Source: Parvularia atlantis (Eukaryota). From it: a stretch of 46,734 nt of DNA. Shown here piece by piece: positions 43,091 through 46,734 of the stretch. How positions within the stretch are numbered: position 1 is the first letter of the stretch; each line of letters begins with the position of its first letter. The notes beneath the pieces are model-generated. The model was not told where the DNA came from. It ran no database searches and saw nothing but the letters and a program-made list of their open reading frames with translations. The position numbers and the translations under genes are program-made. Where the stretch lies: the NCBI GenBank assembly GCA_943704415.1, contig CALSCO010000386.1, positions 1 through 46,734 of the forward strand, in the 5' to 3' direction.

Positions 43091-44802
43091 ATGCGCGTCT
43101 TCTTCGACGTGTCCATCGGCGGGCGGCCGGGTGCGCGTCGCGGCGGCGGACGTGCGCGCGCGCGTGCATGGCGTGTCGTGGCTGACGAATGCGCGGGGCG
43201 GCGCGCAGAGGGTCGCATCGTGTTTGAGCTGTTTGACGACGTGCCGCGCACGGCCGACAACTTTCGAGCCCTGTGCACGGGTGCTTGCGCGCCATGCTTG
43301 CGCACCGTGCTTGCGTGCCGTGCGGCTGACCGGGGGGATGCGGCGGGCGCGCAGGCGAGAAGGGCATCGGCGCGTCCACCGGCAAGCCGCTGCACTTCAA
43401 AGGCTGCCCGTTCCACCGCGTGATCAAGCGCTTCATGGTGCAGGGCGGCGACTTCTCCAACCAGAACGGCACCGGCGGCGAGTCCATCTACGGCGCCAAG
43501 TTTGCGGGTGCGTGAGAGAGCGCACGTGCGTGCTGCGCGTGTCTGACGCGTGCCCCAGACGAGAACTTCATTCACAAGCACGACAAGCCCGGCCTGCTCT
43601 CGATGGCCAACGCCGGCCCCAACACGAACGGCTCGCAGTTCTTCATCACGACCGTGCCCACACCGCACCTGGTGCCGTGTAGCCGTGTGTGCGCACATGC
43701 CGCTGATCGACGCTTGCGGCTGCAGGACAACAAACACGTCGTGTTTGGGCGCGTCGTCAAGGGTGCGCCTTTACGCGTGTGCGTGCGCTGCTGACGTGCG
43801 GCGGGCAGGCATGAGCGTTGTGCGCACGATCGAGCACCACCCGACCCTGCCGGGCGACAAGCCGACGGAGGAGATCGTCATCGCCGACTGCGGCGAGCTC
43901 AAGGACGGTGAGCACGCCTGGACGACGCCTTGCTGCCGCCTCACAGTGCGCCCGGGCAGGCGAGGACGACGGTGTGCGCACCCCGGCCGATGGCGACAAG
44001 TACGAGGACTTCCCTGAGGTGTGTGCACTGGCGCCGCGCACCGCTGCGCATTGCAGCGTGATGGGGCGGTCGCTTGCAGGATGCCGACGTCAAGCTGACG
44101 ATGGAGACGCTGCTCAGCATCGCGGGCGAGGTCAAGGCGCTTGGCAACAAGCTGTTCCAGGCACGGCTGGCGCGGCTGCCTCGGTCTGTGCGGCTGATTG
44201 CGCGCCTAGGCGGGCGGGTTTGCCGGCGCGCTGCGCAAGTACGAGAAGGCGCTGCGCTACCTGGACGAGGACCCCGAGGACGAAAAGGACGGCGACGAGA
44301 AGACGCTCGCGGAGGCCAAGGTGCCGCTGCGCCTCAACTGCGCGGGTACGTGCGCTCGGCGGACTCGCATCAGCACCCCTGACGTGCGCGCACGCCCGCC
44401 CAGCGTGCCAACTCAAGCTCGGCAACAAGGAACGCGTGGTCAAGGACTGCTCGTTCGTGCTCGACAGCGCCGTGGCCAAGTCCGCCGACCGTCTCAAGGC
44501 GCTTTACCGTCGCGCACAGGTGCGGCCTCCCCTTGGGGCGTGCACGCTGCTCGTGCTCGTGCTGAGCACACACGTGCCCAGGCGCACGTGCCCGGCGACT
44601 ACGAGGCCGCGCTGGCCGACCTGGACGAGGCGCTCAAGATCGACGGCGCCGACGCGGCCGTCAAGAGCCTGCAGGTGCGTGCGCGGTGCGTGCGGCTGCC
44701 GCTTGCTGACGTTCCCGCGGGCGCCGCCAGGCGCAGTACAAGCGCGAGCTGCAGGCGCGCAAGGACAAGGAGAAGAAGGCGTTCGCCAGCTTGTTTAAGT
44801 AG
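43091..44802 (+). CDS. PPID: Cyclophilin-40 (PPIase plus TPR; PPID/Cpr6-like)
   Basis: [97 protein letters not shown] segments (GNKLF...[17 protein letters not shown]), [13 protein letters not shown]. Confidence 0.95.
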
Positions 44803-44826
44803 GCTTACGTTTGCATCACTCGCTAG

Positions 44827-46359
44827 CTATACTGTTAGGCCTCTCTGCCAGAAACGCTCTGGGCTGACGACGACGCAGTTGCCCTTGGCGCTCGGCGTGG
44901 CCATCAGCAGTTTGAACTCGTCCGGCCCGAGATCGGTGAAGGTCAGCATCAGGCCCATGGCGACCTCGGAGAACGTCGACATGCCGGTCCCTGTGCCGGC
45001 GGCGTGAGCGAGGGGCGCGGCGCGCGGCAGCCCTTGTAGCGCACCGATCAACGTGGTTGGGGCGACGGCAGCCAGCGCGAACAGCTCGACGAGCGCCGCG
45101 CCGGATGGATCGCTGCCCCACCAGCCCTCCTTGCCCGGCGTGCCCCAGGCCGAGCGCGCCGAGTTGGAGTGGGCATCGATCTCAGCCGTGAGGGCCGGGC
45201 GGAGGCCGCGCTGCGAGGTGTAGTCGAGCATGATCAACTCGACCGGGAGCCGGCGCAGCTGCTCGCCCGTCACGTCCGGGCGGTCGGTGGCGACGAACAC
45301 GCTCACGGTCCTGTTGGGTGCGACGAGGTGCAGGCACTTGGTCACGGAAAGGTCGATGTTCATGATGCGGTGGCGCACTTGAGCGGCCACGGGCGTGCGG
45401 CTGCGCAGCGGGCGCACAAACTCGTCCATCAGCTGCTCGACGGCGGGCAGGAGCGAGTAGCTGTGGATCTGGGCGATGCCCGTGAAAGCAGGGTGGAGCA
45501 GCAGCTCCGTCACGTCGGGCGGGAGCGATGCGGCCAGCACGAGCTCGCGCGTTCCCTGCGCCCAACGCCAGCTGTGCACGTCCTTGAGCTGGATGAACGT
45601 CGCGTTCGCCTCGAGCAGGCCGGGATGGAGCGCCTGCTCGGTCACGCGCGGGAACGTGAGCACCTTGCCAACGTCCGCGTCGACGCAGCCGTTGCGCTGC
45701 CGCAGCGAGCGCACGTCGCCCAGGAACGGCAGGTGCGTGTGCAGCAGGCGCGTCGAGTCTGCGCGCCGTCGTCAGCACCAGGAGGAAACGTCACCGCGCA
45801 CACCCGCGGCACGCACTGCGCTCATAGATGACCGTGCGGTTCGTCAGCAGCCCGATAAAGTGCGCGAGCGAGATGCGGCTGAGCGTGTTGCCCCACGCGG
45901 CGTTTGGCAGCTCGGTCACGATGTAGCGCCGCGCGCACAGTTCGGCCGGCGCGAGCTCGTGCAGCCGTTCGGACGTCCACAGCCGCCGCACAAACGTTTG
46001 CGCGGCCGTCGCGGCGTACCGGCCCGGGCGGAGCAGTGGCTGCGCACGCGGCGGGGCGGTAAGACCGAGTGTTGATTTGCATATAAAACGCGAGAACGGC
46101 GCACGTTCACCGGCCGCAATCCCGTCAGTGCCACGTCCACGCGAGGCGGGCCCGTCGCGGTGCCGCTCACCGCGAGCTGCGTCGTCACGGCGCTCGGTGC
46201 GGCAACGCTCGGCGTCGTGTTCGTGGCGGCCGCCACGGCGTCGGCCGCGATACTGACGAAGGCGTCGAGCACGCGCGGATCGCGCGCGTACTGCACGCTC
46301 ACCCACGCGACGAGGCCCGCGGCGACGCACACGCCGGCGATCAGCGGCCAGCGTGGCAT
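44827..46359 (-). CDS. Type II membrane GT-B fucosyltransferase-like protein (GT23/GT37/NodZ-like)
   Basis: N-terminal signal anchor (PLIAGVCVAAGLVAWV) and T/A-rich stem; motifs AWGNTL...GLLTNRTVI, AAQVR, VFVATD and ALVELFAL...STFS. Confidence 0.75.
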
Positions 46360-46622
46360 CGTCAGGGGGGGCGGCGACGCGCCGCGACGACGATAAGTGA
46401 CAGTAGAGGAGCCACGTGCCACACTCCCGATGAGGAAGGCTGTCGTGGCGTGCTGCTGCCGGGCGCGCCGTCGGCACCGCGGTCAAGGTGCCGTCAACGT
46501 GGCCCCGCTGGTCGGCGGCGCCGGACGAGCGCGGCGGTGATGCGTGGGCGCGTGTGGGCGGGATGGACCGCACGTGCGCGCGCTCATAGAGCAGCAGCAC
46601 GTGCTGAGTCGCGGCGGCGCAG

Positions 46623-46734
46623 GCGAGTACGCGTGGAAGCCAGCCATCGTCGCAATGGCGCTCGAAGAGGCCGAGAACGTCGTGTGGATGGACAGCGGCG
46701 ACCTGCTGGTGAGGCCTGTCGAGGGCATGATCCC
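46623..46734 (+). CDS. Partial exon of a DUF1647-like/glycosyltransferase-like protein (runs off the window; 5' structure unclear)
   Basis: After a CAG acceptor the frame reads GEYAWKPAIVAMALEEAENVVWMDSGD, matching the YAWKP...VxWxDxG pattern. Confidence 0.6.

Overview
This is GC-rich eukaryotic genomic DNA, extremely gene-dense, with many short spliceosomal introns (mostly ~40-70 nt; GTGCG-type donors, CTGAC/CTCAC branch points, CAG acceptors). The ORF track is therefore mostly fragments and antisense shadows, and the gene models below were spliced by eye, so internal exon boundaries are approximate. About 16 genes or gene fragments are present: an Mtr4-like KOW fragment colliding with a small acidic gene, SMG1 kinase, a myristoylated LRR-PP2C phosphatase, a DUF1746/Dsc4-like membrane protein, a Wee1/Myt1 kinase, phenylalanine hydroxylase, an FCHo/Syp1 muniscin, an RGS-SH3-RasGEF, an SLC41 Mg2+ transporter, an Orai-like protein missing TM1-TM2, DusA, an RGS protein with six KLxxFFGE repeats, a tandem two-domain GST-kappa/HCCA-isomerase with PTS1, cyclophilin-40, a fucosyltransferase-like protein and the start of a DUF1647-like glycosyltransferase. 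The mix of animal-like genes (SMG1, Orai, ACT-PAH) and fungal-like features (DUF1746, Cdc25 WPP region) suggests a unicellular opisthokont or relative; this is inference only. Most notable: (i) the Wee1/Myt1 gene has no in-frame AUG before its catalytic core and is separated from the upstream DUF1746 ORF only by one in-frame TAG; (ii) a pore-less half-Orai lies head-to-head with SLC41; (iii) intergenic spacers are only 20-40 bp, and several share a motif; (iv) GC-AG introns are frequent.
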